Position numbers and translations under genes: made by a program. The notes beneath the pieces were generated by a model. It was given only the letters and a program-made list of their open reading frames with translations. It had not been told where the DNA came from and ran no database searches. Positions 22,012-35,503 of a stretch of DNA of 64,000 bases are shown here, piece after piece. The DNA is from Oopsacas minuta (taxonomy: Eukaryota > Animalia > Porifera): NCBI GenBank assembly GCA_024704765.1, contig JAKMXF010000166.1:1-64000 (forward strand), given 5' to 3'. Each line of letters opens with the position of its first letter. Position 1 is the stretch's first letter.

Positions 22012-22462
22012 GGACTTCCCACTCAACTACACCTGACAACATGTTGAAACCTAATCTCTAGCTTGCTATTGTATTTTACATAGAAAGATGTGAAAATATG
22101 ATTAATCACTAAATAGATGTGAACATTTCACATTAGAAAATATTCATACCCGAGGTGCAAATCTACCACCCAAAATGTATATGTATGCCAATTTTCATGT
22201 TATTTGGACTGCTAGATTTCGCACGATCACGCGGACGGAGGAACTTCGCACATCGTCCATGCCATTACTTTACTAAATATATTAAACATGCTGAATCAGA
22301 TTTTCTCACTTTCGGATTAATAATATGTAAATTTATTGTTGTTTTTATGAAAATAAAGTAAACAAATTAGCAAAATCTCAAAATTTACGTAGATATTTGC
22401 TCTCACCGCTTCAAAGGGGGTTGATCTTAGAATAATTCAATAATATTTATGCCGTATACGTA

Positions 22463-23788
22463 CAGTAGTGGCCAAATTAATTGCACCAAGAGGTGCAATT
22501 AATTTGGTCACATATTTTAAAAGCCGTATTGCCTTGTTTGTTCTATTAATGTTTAATATGAGCACCTTTACTCTTGATAACATCTAAAATGCGTTTAGGC
22601 ATAGACTTTACTAATTTTCACAAATTTTCTGAATGTCTGGGTCACTTTTCCACACCTCGAGAACAGATTTTATAACCTTCTCTTTGGTGGTGGAATCAAG
22701 ATTTTGCAAACGACTCTTTATAATGGCCCAGAGGTTTTCAATCGGAGCAATATCGGGGGAGTTGACTGGCCACTCCATAACTTTGATGTTGCTTGCTTCG
22801 TAATGCCTCTGTACCACCTTGGTCGTGTGTGGGGCTAGATCCTGTTGGAGAACACAATCTCCATTTGGAAAGTGTTCTTGGAGCTGGGGTTTGATTCTGC
22901 TGTCGATAACATCCATGTACTTGGCGGAGTTAATCATACCTTCGCATATGTGCAATTGTCCCGTCCCCTGGGCACTGAAGCAACCCCAAAACATTACTTT
23001 TTCTGGGTGTTTGACTTGCTGGTTGATATAAGCTGGACAAGTGGAGGATTTGGTGGCCTTTGCTGACCCCACACATAAAAATGTGATTCATCTGTGAAGA
23101 GGACCTGCAAACAACCTGTAGTAAGTTTCTACTATGGAAATATTAAGGTTATAAACATGAAATAACTTACTTTTCGCCAATCATCGAGCGTCCAAGTTCG
23201 GTGGTTCTTTGCCCATTTGAGCCGAGGTTGGCACATGACCTTGGTTAGCAGCTGTTTTTTCTTTGGAGTGCAAGCCTTGCGTTCTCCATCGTAAAGTATG
23301 CGGCGGATAATCCGAGCGCTCACATCTAGCCCAAATTATGCTTAATCTGATTCGAGAGGGCCTTGGGGTTTTTCCTACTAGCTGTAAGGACCATTCGCCT
23401 TTCTCGCTCAGTGGTTTTTGCCTTCCGTCCACAGCGTCCAGGCCGTTGAGTTTTAAGATTACCTGTTTCTTTGACTTTTTTACATATTCTGACAACCGTG
23501 GAGTTACTGACACGGCATTCCAGAGCGATTTCTCGAACCGTTTTACTCGTGTACTGACGCAAAGTTAATATTCTCTGCCTCACCTAGAGTGGAGTGTCCA
23601 TAGCTAATCTTAGCCTAATTGTAAAAAAATTATATTCATGACTGAGACAATATTGTAGATCTCCCTTTACATGTTTTTGTCATTATGTAACCAATAACTG
23701 GAGTCCTTGTGCAATTGCATATAGATACCTAGTTATAATGGTAAATATAGTTAAACCTATTTTGGTACAATTAATTTGGCCACTACTG
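22463..23788 (-). mobile_element. Tc1 DNA transposon (1326 bp) with an inactivated, intron-containing transposase
   Basis: TIR CAGTAGTGGCCAAATTAATTG(C/T)ACCAA with TA flanks. ATG at 23601 and HTH. GT-AG intron 23170-23105 joins WRK|VLFTDES. Motifs MFWGCF, QQDLAPH, WPVNSPDIAPIENLW. One stop and two frameshifts. Confidence 0.92.
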
Positions 23789-23792
23789 TATA

Positions 23793-23893
23793 CAGTCAAC
23801 AACCGTTATTTCGAACCCTGAGAGGAAATCAAATTCTGTTCGAGATAACGAATGATCCAGTTAACGGGCATTTGAGATAGCGGATATTGACTG
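23793..23893. mobile_element. ~100 bp MITE (family M3); inverted copy at 25393-25496
   Basis: TA-CAGTCAAC...TTGACTG-TA. The internal sequence is shared in reverse orientation with 25393-25496. Confidence 0.8.
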
Positions 23894-26800
23894 TAGTACA
23901 ACAAATTTCTTTGTTCTAGTAAAAAATATGCTTCTATTTTGTAAGAGAAAATTCAAGAAAGATTCCAGTTTTAGTTGAACGCTAAGTCGAAATTAAGAAG
24001 ATTCCAGATCTACTCAAGTTTCCAAGACAGTTCAAATTCATTTTTACAATTGATTCAATTAATTAAAAGGGTTTGTCTAACGGGCAATGATCGTTCCGAT
24101 CGATGAACACCAATAAGTATTGAAATACTCTATACAACATCTAAAGGTCGCTTTTCAAAAACTCAGAAATCTCACCTCTCCTATTAAACTAATGTAAAAA
24201 TGATGTTCATCGTTTAGAAAGATCATCGCCCGTTAGACAAACTCTTTTAATTAATTGAATCAATCGGAATAAAATTACAACCTGTGCCGACAGCTTAGTC
24301 TAGTAAATAATTTTGTTTAAAAAGTGCACTATTAATTGGAGGCACTATAAAAGGTCAGGTTTAATCTCATTACACATAGTGCCTCCAATAATAGTGCCAC
24401 ATTTTAAACAAAATTATTTAATAGACTAAGCTGTCGGTACAGGTTGTAATTATATATTTTGCTGAGCGGAGCGAGGATTTAAAATCCACCAAACAATTTA
24501 TTTACATATGAATATGATCATCAAGTCCACTGTCCATATAATGTTCAATTTGTTTGCAGTAATTATCAGTTGAGTAAATAATATTAATTGAAGGGAATGC
24601 TGGAGGAGATTTGATTGATACAAATTCGGAGGGTATTGAATTACCCCCTTCGGCTGTTTAAAACAATCTACGATTATTCAAAGGTTATATAATCGGGAAA
24701 ATACATGTCTTTAAATTATCCATGGTTAATTTGAAAATATTATATTCATAAATAAAATGTAAATAATCAAAGCTACCGTTAAATTTAGATATTCAATGAA
24801 TCCTTATTATATACAACACTAGAAGTACCTATTGTTTAACTAATAAATATTTAACATCTAAGAACAATAGAATTATTACAGATGACGTAATGCTGTAATG
24901 AATATTTCATTTACTTTTAGCAAAATAACTATAACCAATATAAAAATTCTAGAAGAGCAGGAAGGTGTAGAATGTTTTTCTCTTTCGAAATGTGTGAAAA
25001 ATTTGGCACCTTTCCTTTTAAAATTTTTGCTAGAGGCCAGACAAAAGTTGACCAGTCTGAAATAGTGGCACTTTGTGTCCGATTGATTAGCAAAGGGGGG
25101 AAGCACACACGACGAATATCTTCAATACTTCTCACAACATATATCACCTTAATTCTAGTTTGGCTGCAGGGCTTTCACGGAGAAAAATATAGCAACCATT
25201 TCAATACTGTGCCACTAAACTAAAGTATAGTCGGCACAGTAAAAATGAATTTGAACTTTCCTGGAAACTTGAGTAGATGTGGAATCTTCTGAATTTAGAC
25301 TTCGGGTTCAATTAAAACTTGAGTCTTTCTTGAATTTTCGCTTAAAAAATAGAAACATATAGTTTAATAAAACAAAGAAATTAGTTGTACTACAGTCAAC
25401 ATCCGCTATCTCCAATGCCCGTTAACTCGAACATTCGTAATCTCATGCATAAATCAATTTGATTTCCTGAGGGTACGAGATACCGGATATTGACTGTATA
25501 TGTGTACAGGAAGAGAAACTCAATTTATCATCACAGATGAAAGAATCTACTGATGTGCAGTTCGCCGAGTTCAAGGGAGCTGTAACCTTAGACTGATTCT
25601 AAGTATTGGCTCTGAAATCTGTACACATTTGTCTTTGTACACAAATGTCGCACCCAAATTGTGCGCTAAGCTGTACACAAATGTCTTTGTAAACAAGTGT
25701 CTCTCTCGGTTAGAATATCGTGGTAAATACACTACCCACCAAACAAGAGGTAGCAAAGCATCCGTGCAACATCCAAGGCCAAGTCTGACACTAATCCAAA
25801 GTAAATTTCTTCACTGCATTACAGGAAATGGGCTAAATGCACAAATCCTTTAATATAAGATTTAGCATAAAGTAATTCAATAAATTTCCGAATTCACAAT
25901 TTCGATCTCATGTTCCAGGAGTGATTATTTTGGGTTTTTATTCAATAGTGGAAAGTTGCATTCGGGCCATTCAGTCAATCCAAAGAGGTTGTTAGTAAAA
26001 CGTAAGAATTAGAATTGGAGTTGTCGACAGATCGGATGCTAAGATGAAGGGAAACTAGTAGGAAAATGCCAACATAAAGGGTAACTAGTCGGACATTTGT
26101 AGCGTCCCCGTCTGCACCATATACTAGATATGAGCTATCCTGATTAGACCATAATTGCTACGGTTATCGAGTAATTTCTCCAACAAGTCCGGGTATGGTG
26201 CAGTGCGGTATTTACATGGGGGTTAGGGGGCAGAGGCGGCGACAAGGGGGGTACAAATAAAATTTTCAATTTTAGGTTTTATTGCATATAGTGTAACACA
26301 TTCAAAGAAACATGTAAATGGTTAATATTGGATGGTTTGTGTCGTGCTGACTCAAAAGCATCTGACAAAGTTGCTTTTATTCACTTTGAAAGATCTTTAC
26401 ATCTTAATAATTTGTTTCTTAACCCAGTTAGAATTTTGGTGTACCCCCCCCTCCCCTGAAAGAACAACAAATTACCTTGAGATGCACTAGCAGTCTGTCG
26501 GCTGGACATTTTGTTGGTCATATGCTAAATTTCAAAATAAAGCTCTGTAATATAATAATAAGAATCTAGATCATAGAGCATCCTTGATTAGCAATGCGAA
26601 AGGTGTGAAGATATGATTAATCATATGATAAACCTGCATTTGTAAATTTCAAGTTCTGAAAAGTCTGAATCCGACTTTTCGTACCCAAATACCCTACCAA
26701 CTTGTTAAAATCTAATATATAGCATGCTAATACGTATATTGAAAGATGTTAAAATTTCACTTTGCCCAACTGTAAATCTGGACACTAAAAAAAGTATTTC

Positions 26801-27067
26801 GTGTTGATAGGGCCCATTAATTTCGTACAACCGCGAGGACGGACGGACATCACAGGTCACACAACGTCCATGCCATTAAGGCATTTCCCTATAGGAGCTA
26901 CAAAAATTGAATAACAAAACTGATGAATAATTAAATGTGTAGATCATTAGATAAGTACAAGGTGAAATTGTCTTAATAGCAACTGATTGGTTAGAATTAG
27001 TAACGGAATTAAGAATAAGGAAAGTTAAGAGCTATATAAGAATCCAGAGTAACCATAGTAATAGTGC

Positions 27068-27432
27068 TCAGTTGAGAGAAATGGACCCGTGCAGCCGTAC
27101 TCTATAGATACAGGTTAAATTCGAGTGGCCATGATTAGACTTAAACTCCAATTGAAATATTGAAAATCTTTCTTTCCGTGAAGAATTGGGTATAGTAAAT
27201 GTTTGAAAGGGGAAATAAGAGTCTTGCTTGAAGGTGAAATCACCGAGATCTATTGCCTTGCTGTCTCGAGATTTCAGTCCACGAACTAAGAAATCTTTGG
27301 GAGCACTCGAGCGAATCCCATCATCAGTCAATTCACTTGGCACATGGTCGATAGTGACGTTCTGAAGCAGGATCTCATGAGTTACCTTTATTCCAATCAC
27401 TCCACCACTTCCAGAAAATGGCCAACAGCTTC
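27068..27432 (-). CDS. SUN-domain protein, exon 4 (C-terminal part of the SUN domain)
   Basis: TTAG| acceptor, phase 1. Encodes GSCWPFSGSGG...VTIDH...SSAPKDF...SNHGHSNLTCIYRVRLHG (Sad1/UNC-84). Confidence 0.92.
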
Positions 27433-27748
27433 CTAATAATATAAAGTGCAATACAGATTTAGTATTATCGACAGTGGTGTTTTGCCAAAAAAAGAAGTGG
27501 GGGGGGCGCTCCCTTTTCAAATTTAGCATTTTTTTAGAAAACATAGGTGAAAACGGCCCCCAATAATGAAGTGGGTGTGCCATACCTCCCACCCGCGCGC
27601 TCCCTCCCAAATACCACCGATTATTATTATATATTGTGGTGTGTTTATATTTGTATCAGATAAAAAACAACTGCGTGAAACATGTATAATATGTAAGGTT
27701 TCAATAATTCACGATACCTTGTAAATGCCTAAATGCTATGTATATTAT

Positions 27749-28080
27749 TCAAATATACTTCCAAACTGGGTTTTCTTCAACTATCTGACTATTGCTACCC
27801 CTTATTTGAATATCTGATGCACTCCGATGATTTCTTAGCCAACATCTAGCATAATCGCTAGGATCCCATATAGAAAGTGGAGGGCCATTAAGTTTAATGA
27901 ATAGAAGAGCAGATATGTGTGGTACAAGCAGCCGAGAACGCGGATCCTCCAATATGATATTCATATGACAGAACCCACGTTCACATTCTGCAGTACTACA
28001 TGGGACCAGTTGGATACAATTAAACAATGGTTTTATTGTGGGTGGCAAGAATGTACCGGAATTTTCATAATAGTCATTTA
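27749..28080 (-). pseudogene. hAT transposase C-terminal relic (KIAA1586/ZNF862-like) inside SUN intron 3
   Basis: PCSTAECERGFCHMNII...RSRL...ISALLFIKLNGPPL. Confidence 0.8.
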
Positions 28081-29039
28081 TGCGAGTGAAACGTAGTGCT
28101 AAAGTGCTAATAAAGGCAATAATATCATAGTAAGTCAGTAAATATAGATAAATTAAGTCCATTAACTGATAAACTCGGGAGTCGGGTGCTAGAATGAGGC
28201 CAAAGTTCTTCCAGATTATGTGACAAGAGCGCCCCCCCTAGCGAAATAAGTGGGGGGACGGTCATGAATGAATACTTAATTGGTGTTGTGAATTCAGATT
28301 TCAGACTAAGTAAAGTATGATAAAATAGGGGCTCTATTTATTAGCCAAACAAATTGATGCAATGTATAAAACAATTAATCAAATGTCTAACAGACTAGTC
28401 TCTAGCAAAATTATTTAATTAATTAAATAGGTTGAATACAAATTTATAGGCTCAAGTTATTAAACTTAAAGGCACTCGCAAATCGGGGCACACCTCAGAT
28501 TATTATTTTTCAGTACACCACTTGTGATGTAGCAGTAATGTAATACAAATGTATTGTCTACCCTGAGAACCTGGATGAAACCCTGGCACATAGGGTATCT
28601 ATATCCAGTTAGTATTTATTCCAATAGGCATTCATTAAAATTATTTTCTGTATTTCACGTTATTTATTGTGATGGGTACATATCTATACTATAAATATCC
28701 CTTCTACGTGGGCTTTCCTAATTCACTGAAAGTAACTGACAAGTTTTCTTTGCGAATTCCGACTTGTTATTTGTTGCACATTTAACCTTGTAAATCACAT
28801 AATAATGTATCATGACGGTTGTCAGGCATTTTAAAAAATGAAATTTCACGTCCTTGGTTATCAATATGTCAAACTTGTATTCATTTATAGAATTTTAATA
28901 AATTCCCGCCTAGAACAATTCCCTCTTTAATTCCAATCTCCTTTAACGAATGTAATGCTATATTCTGGCGCACAACCATATATCATTGCGACGCAGTCTT
29001 TGTGTAGTTTAAGCGTCAATTACCAGAAAAAACTTAGCC

Positions 29040-29760
29040 ATGTGCACAGTGTATGTGCGTACCTATCAAAACCAGGGGACTTGTTAACTTAGATGTAAAA
29101 GTTGGGGGAGCCTGCCGTTTGAAGCACAGGTTAATAGTTTTGGACAGTTCTGGACAAACAATCATTTTGGGAAGAGATTTTTTGAGGAGCTTTGGGACGA
29201 TTGTTGGGTGTCTACAGAGGCTTCGTTATTGGGAGGTCAGGTGTTATCCAAAGCCGGAGCTGTAAAGACTTCTGCAGGAGTCTGGAGGTCGTATACAAAG
29301 AGGAGATGGAATATCAACCCTAAACACAGCATAGTATAGAAGTTCTCATTAAACACGGTATAAGAAAGGGGATCCTCCCCTTGAAAGCAAGATACAACAG
29401 AGTGTCACCATGGGCTGAACAGGAGATAAATAGACAGATCAAACATATGCTAGAACGGCGTAATTCGTCCATCTAAATCGCCGTGGGAGAGTAGAGTAAT
29501 CCTCGTCACGAAAAAGGATGGTTCTATAAGTTTCGCGGTGGAATATCGCGCCTTGAATCTAACTAAGAAAGGCTCGTATCCCACACCAGAGATGAATGAT
29601 ATTCTAGACATGCTGCATGGAAGTGAATATTTCTCTACACTATATGGTGTTAGCGCCTTTTGGAGTGTGTCAATTATGGAAAGAGATAAAGAGAAAACCG
29701 CTTTTGTCTCGCCTAGAGGACAGTTACTAGCTAACTATACTATTAATATTCCTTCTTAGA
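29040..29760 (+). mobile_element. Ty3/Gypsy pol relic (end of protease and N-terminal RT)
   Basis: IILGRDFL, SPWESRVILVTKKDGS, EYRALN, YPTPEMNDILDMLHGSEYFSTL, DKEKTAF. Stops and frameshifts. Confidence 0.85.
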
Positions 29761-30229
29761 CAACCTCACTCTCGCAAACGGGGAGCTCAACTATTTTCCA
29801 AGCTGTCCCGGATTGCGAGTATATCTACTGTACAGTAACTCTGTAAGTACTGACCAGATGGGTTATTTCTAGGTTGTTAATTGACCAGGCTTGTAGCGGA
29901 GCTGAAATATCCCATCCATATCCATATCCAGTCCATTTTTATGTGGATATCCATGGATTAAGTTAAATCTGAGGCCTGTTAGTGTTGGGTATCCATAGAT
30001 GCCCTATTGCCTAGACTCCTTGCTACTGGTTTCCTAGTTGACGCTCATACCACCCATTTCTATAAATATTCTGTAGGCCTAATCCTACCTAGGGTGACCA
30101 TTGATTTTCCAGGATAAATCCTAGACCGTACAGGATTTTCGCAAAATTCCTGTGTTTTAATATCAACGGGTCCTCGATATTACTCTGAATAAAAGGATAT
30201 TAAATTCAGAACATCAAAACTCCATTAAG

Positions 30230-33200
30230 GGTTAGTAAATGTTTGGGCGCCGTTGTGGGCACCCTTTATATCCTCTTAAATTGCCGACAACGGATAAACA
30301 AAGATTCCCACTCATAATCTTGGATATCTAGGGGCCCTCCTGATTCTTCCAGATCTTCTAGGTATTAATAAACTATTCTTCATCTAGCATAATCAACTTC
30401 CCCTTGAGATTAATCTTCATCAACTAATTCTTCATGTTGATGGTTTCTATATTTCGTGTTTCATTTAATGGCTCTCTATCGAATCGAGATCTTAATCTAT
30501 TGATATGAACAACTCGAATTCTTCCATCATTATGCACAATTCTGATATTCACAGGACTAATACTTCCTTAATTAACATACCAACCAGCTTCCCACCTTGG
30601 TTCAAGTTTGCTCTTGTAGGTAAACAGGGTGTTAAGAAATTGATGTCTCTTTTGGAAATGAAATAGAACCACAATTTCACTTGATGAATCACGTTTTAAC
30701 TCTATAATCATACTCAAAATTACTTTAACTATTAGATTTCAGTTAATTTCTAAAATTCTTTCTACTCAAAATACACTATTTTCAAATATTCCTATCTACA
30801 ATATACTAGAAATTGATATAGTTAAAGAAGCGACTCCAAACACCCGTACACGTGCAGTTTCCTTGATAGAAGCGGGTATGTTGATTCATCAGGTTGCTAA
30901 AGTTGTAGGTGTATCTATCCGCACCATTCGACGCTGGTTACTGAGGTTCAAGGCCGGTGAGTCTCTAAAGAACAGGAAGGGCCGTGGAAAGAAAACGCCC
31001 GTCACTATGGTACCTAAAGTGGTAATTGCTAAGACAATCGGTAAAAAGATGAAGTCTACACGATATATCTCCAAGAATCTCCAATCTAAGGGGTTTTCTA
31101 TCTCTCATGTGACAGTTGACTCGTACATACGTAAAAATCTCAAGGTTCGACCGTACAAACCACAGGTTCAACCAAAATTGACAGAAAAACAGAGGACAGC
31201 TCGGCTAAAATTCTGCAATGAAAGGAAGGACTGGTCAATTAACACCTGGAAAAGAGTCTTATTCTCAGATGAGTCCTCTTTTGAGCTATTCCACACTCCG
31301 AATAAGCAAAACGACCGTGTATGGGCGAAATCCAGGGCTGATATCCCTCCCACTGAAAAAGTCAAATATCCTGGAAAATCATGGTATGGGGTGTGATGTC
31401 ATCCCAAGGACTCTCAGACCTCCATATAATCCCCCAAAGACAAACTGTGACATCAGACTATTATGTGGAAGTCATATTGAAACAGTCTCTAACATCCAGC
31501 TTACTTCGAACGAGAGATTCAAGGACGATCCTATAGAGAAAATTGTTGCCAGATAGGTCCCAAGCAATTTTTCAACAAGATGGAGCCCCGGCACATACTT
31601 CCTAAAGAAGCCAGGAGTGGTTGAAAAACAGTATGGGAGGTTTTTGGACAAATGAAAATGGCCTCGGAACTCACCAGACTTAAATCCTATCGAAAACCCC
31701 TGGGCTATTTTGCAAACCAAGCTAAAAGTTTTAGAAAAACAGTTAAATTTGGCCTGGAAGGAAATCTCACCGGAGACACTAGAAAGACTCATAGCTGGGA
31801 TGCGTGGTCGAATTAGAAAATGTCTAAACTGCATGGAGATTACATAGGAAAGTAATACCATATCTCTTTAGATTAAACTAGAGAATAGCGGAAGTTATAA
31901 AAAGGGACATCAATTTCTTAACACCCTGTATTCAACTAAAACTCATCGCCTCGGCTAATCTTTATGTCTCTGGTTGCCTTTTAATCGTACAAATATTTCT
32001 GATATATTGCTCTTTCTGAAAGATGTTCTTGTACCAATTTTGTATATTTTCGCAGTTTGTCGATCACTCTCCCTTCATATGCTAAAGTGTCAAATCCCAT
32101 TCTAACCCTTGTCATACGATAACCCAGGTTCTCTTCCATAAATTAATGTGATGAAGCCAGTCCTGTAGATGAGTGAAAAGACTTATTCTATGTATGCATA
32201 AATAATTAATTGTAAGTGTCCCCATTGGTCTTCTCTACATTGCAACATAAAATTTCTAGTTTCACGCGATTTGATCTTTAAACTCTATCTCCCTCTGGAT
32301 GGTAAGGAGAGGTCTGAGTTTTCTTATTTTGAACGATTTGCATTATCTGCTTCAATTTTACTTTCAAAGTTCCTACTTTGATCGCTGTGTATTTCGTGTG
32401 GAATACCCATGCGAGAAAACAGACTGGTTAAAATATCCATGATTCTGTCCGCTTTCTGATCAAGCATTGCAAAGACCCATTACTAAAATAATCTTGCACT
32501 ACCAAGATATACTGATTTCTTTCCATTAGCATATACTGGAACCTCCAATACATCCATAGCAACTTTTTCTCAACAGTATCAATTGGAGTAATAATCATTA
32601 GCGCATTTGTTAGCATTGTCTGTTTAGCTTGCATATACTTTCTGCACGACTTAGAATACTATTTCTGAGGACATACCAACCCAATATTCCATCCTTTTTA
32701 GTCTTTCAAGTGTCTTTTGCCATCTTCGATGGCTTGTACTGAGTAAATCATGACATTTGTTAAGGACTAACTCTTTCAACTCTTGGGGACTAACACTACT
32801 TTAACACTTTCACCAATACTTCTATTTTATATATTCTACACAACAAACCATCAAGAACTATTAATTTCTTCGAAATATGTGAGTGATGCCTTGGAATATG
32901 GAATGTCTTTGAATGTTCAACTGGGTTAATTGGGGGGGGGGCATGAATAATCCTACTCAGTAATGGATCTTGTTTCTGACTTTTGCTAACAAGTCTCTAA
33001 ATCCGAGCTGTCATTAATTTAAGAATAGGAACAGCTATTTCCTCTATCGGCTTCCTTGAGAGCACTTATACATTTATATTCTCAGCCCTACGATACTATG
33101 TGTTTTGGATCTCTAGGAAAACAGCTAAAGCGTCTTTTTCAAACAAGGTAGTATCGAGTGATACTACGTTACTGAGTCCAAACAACTATAAGTCTGTCAA

Positions 33201-34480
33201 ATACATTTTGGCAGTCGCTTGAACATGCAGGACCAGGAGTAAAAGCTGGTTTTTATGGAGTCATCTGGGTTGATGAGCACTTGCCAATATCAGGTGTGTG
33301 GTAAAGGCAGAAAAAATCTTGGAATCAGCCAGATAAGATTGAACATCATCGATTTGAGGTTAGGATAGGTATCTTTAACTGTTCTCTTGTTAAATTCTCT
33401 GTAGTCTACGCAAAGTCTAAACTTCATTTCTTATGACACCCAAGGACTGTTACTTCTTTGATCATTCCCCTTTCCAGCATGCTGTTTAATTGTGCTTCTA
33501 CTTCTTGTTGATAGTGAGCAGGTGTTCTTCTCGGTCGTACCAAGACTGGATCACTATTACCTATTGATATTCTATGATTTATAAGATCAGTTCTTACTGG
33601 ATTGGATGAAAATCGATCTTTAAACTCAAGAACCAGATCTTTCAACGGTTCCGAACAATCTTGAAGGTCAAATCGATAGCTTGATCGAGGGAAGGTATGA
33701 AGCAATCGTTACACTAATCAGTTTCTGAATGATTATCTGCTGTGATTGCGGTAACACCAGAGAAAAATACTGAATTGTATTATGCAATTGACATTGATAA
33801 TTCATTTAGTTTTTCTTGATTCAATGATTCATGTTTACTTTGGACTTGTTTTGATTTCCAATATAAAGCGGGATAACCAAACGAATGTCTTCCCAAACTT
33901 GAAGACTCGAGTTTGTTTTTGAAATTTATTGTAACTCCATCCTAAGCGAGGAAATCAATACCACATATTGCGGGATTAATTAGTTTTGAAACAACCATAA
34001 ACTCGTGATGTAAAAGAGGATTACCTATCCTAGTGGAAGGATTACCTTCCAATAACGCTTAGTTGATTTCCAGTAGCTGATACTAGCCTTTTAAAATGAG
34101 TCTTATAGATTTCCTCCCCAATCAACTCTTCACAATCAAGAACGATCAGAGATACCGAAGGATCTGAATCTAATAGGATATTACTTTATTACCTGAGAGT
34201 ATGATTTCAAGCGTTGCCTACTCGGCTTCCCTACAACTTTCTGAAATAAGAATCGTGTTCCATCTCTGGTTCAGCATTACGCAATAACTGTTTGATAGCC
34301 AGGATATTTTGTGGAGACTCTCCTGAAAGTAATTTCCTAGATTCGAATAAATGAAACGCAATAAAGCGAGCCTCTTGTGAGTGAAAGATGTTTATTAAGT
34401 AGTTCTCATCAGATCGTAGTTCTTGCTGTCGTCCTTACTGCGATATCCATTTGCAGAAACACAAATATCATATCTTTTGT
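30230..34480 (-). mobile_element. Decayed Ty3/Gypsy retrotransposon (gag-RT-integrase relics), split by a Tc1-like insertion
   Basis: gag-like ESRKLLSGESPQ (~34330), RT start HRISIGNSDPV...PAHYQQEVEAQLNSMLERGMI (33424-33705), integrase HDLLSTSH...YWVGM and YILVVQDYFS, C-terminal KLEPRWEAGW and VVHINRLR (~30500). Boundaries approximate and LTRs not identified. Confidence 0.8.
30625..31928 (+). mobile_element. Tc1-like DD37E transposon, inactivated
   Basis: TIR CAGGGTGTTAAGAAATTGATG at both ends. HTH, LFSDES, QQDGAPAH and WPRNSPDLNPIE present. Start codon mutated to ATA (30818), with frameshifts and a stop. Confidence 0.9.
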
Positions 34481-34894
34481 AGCCAACCCTCTATTTACCA
34501 TTTAAAAATATTCTAGGTAGGCTAAATTACCGTACGGCAATATTCTCTGCTACTAATTATAACGTAACTGATTTAATGAATAAATCTCAACAATATGCAA
34601 TCTAAAATCCCAAAACTAAAACTCTAAATTATAATCAAATATATCTCATCTGTACTGCCTAACTTGGGGGGAACAGCTAAGGTCGCACGATGGTTCGGCA
34701 CAGGTGGGGAATGTGCCGTAGGTGCTGCACCCTGGGTACGTCTCGGTCTAACTAACTCACTCTAACTGAATTACTGCTGCAATCAAATGAAATATAACGA
34801 ATTATATTCAAGATTTGGAACAAATAATTCACGAAAATCAGGGAAAATCACACTCCTAACACCAAAAAGAGATTATAAATATACTATCGGTTAC

Positions 34895-35321
34895 CTGGTA
34901 GTACAGTAGGTTCGAGTACAACGTCTGGAGAATTGGAAAGAGAAAATAGTGTAAATCCAAAAGCTCGAATTGCCTCCGAACCTGAGTAAGTTTCACTGGT
35001 CAGCTCATCAACTATCCTACCACCGGCAGATCCTAAAGCAAAATCATACATTCCGATCTGGTCTCGGTAATGCTGAGCAAATGCCATATCAATAAGATTG
35101 GTATTTATTACATCCGGTCGGGAGAGAGAAACTAATGAAGAGTTAAACTTTTCCATCATTAGATTTAAGTTGAGTATTCTGTCGTTCAATTCCATAAGTG
35201 AAGTGTTATATTGTAGCAAAAAGTTTCCAAATTCAACAAATTGGTTATCGTGACTTCCATCAGTAATTTCCAAATTAAGTATACGATATTGTACTGAAGC
35301 AAGAGAGCTTTCCATAGATAT
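34895..35321 (-). CDS. SUN-domain protein, exon 3 (coiled coil and start of the SUN domain)
   Basis: TTTTAG| phase 0 acceptor. Encodes DFALGSAGGRIV...SETY...SNSPDVVLEPTVLP. CCAG|GTAACC phase 1 donor restores PGSCWPF when joined to exon 4. Confidence 0.92.
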
Positions 35322-35389
35322 CTAAAAATGGAAATATTTTATTGCATCAGCAGATTACTAAAGATTTGGGTAGAAAATATTTCACTTAC

Positions 35390-35503
35390 ATTTAGTTTAT
35401 CAAATCGAGAGTTTACTAAAGTTTGAACGTCAGTCAAATTTTGGGATAAATATTGTTCTTTACTCATTAGAATTAGTACATCTTTCCTGAGATCGGAAAT
35501 TTC
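35390..35503 (-). CDS. SUN-domain protein, exon 2
   Basis: TTCTCAG|GAA acceptor and AAT|GTAAGT donor, 114 nt, phase 0/0. Followed by a 68 nt intron. Confidence 0.8.

Noticed and set aside
24876-26200. Several 60-80 aa ORFs as missing exons of the orphan membrane gene
   Set aside because: No consistent splice phases or recognisable domains.
27433-27610. N-terminal 59 codons of the 180 aa ORF 27068..27610
   Set aside because: Intronic and MITE-derived; the SUN exon starts at 27432 by splice phase.
34600-34880. Possible Gypsy LTR and primer-binding site
   Set aside because: No matching second LTR or clear tRNA-complementary PBS was found by eye.
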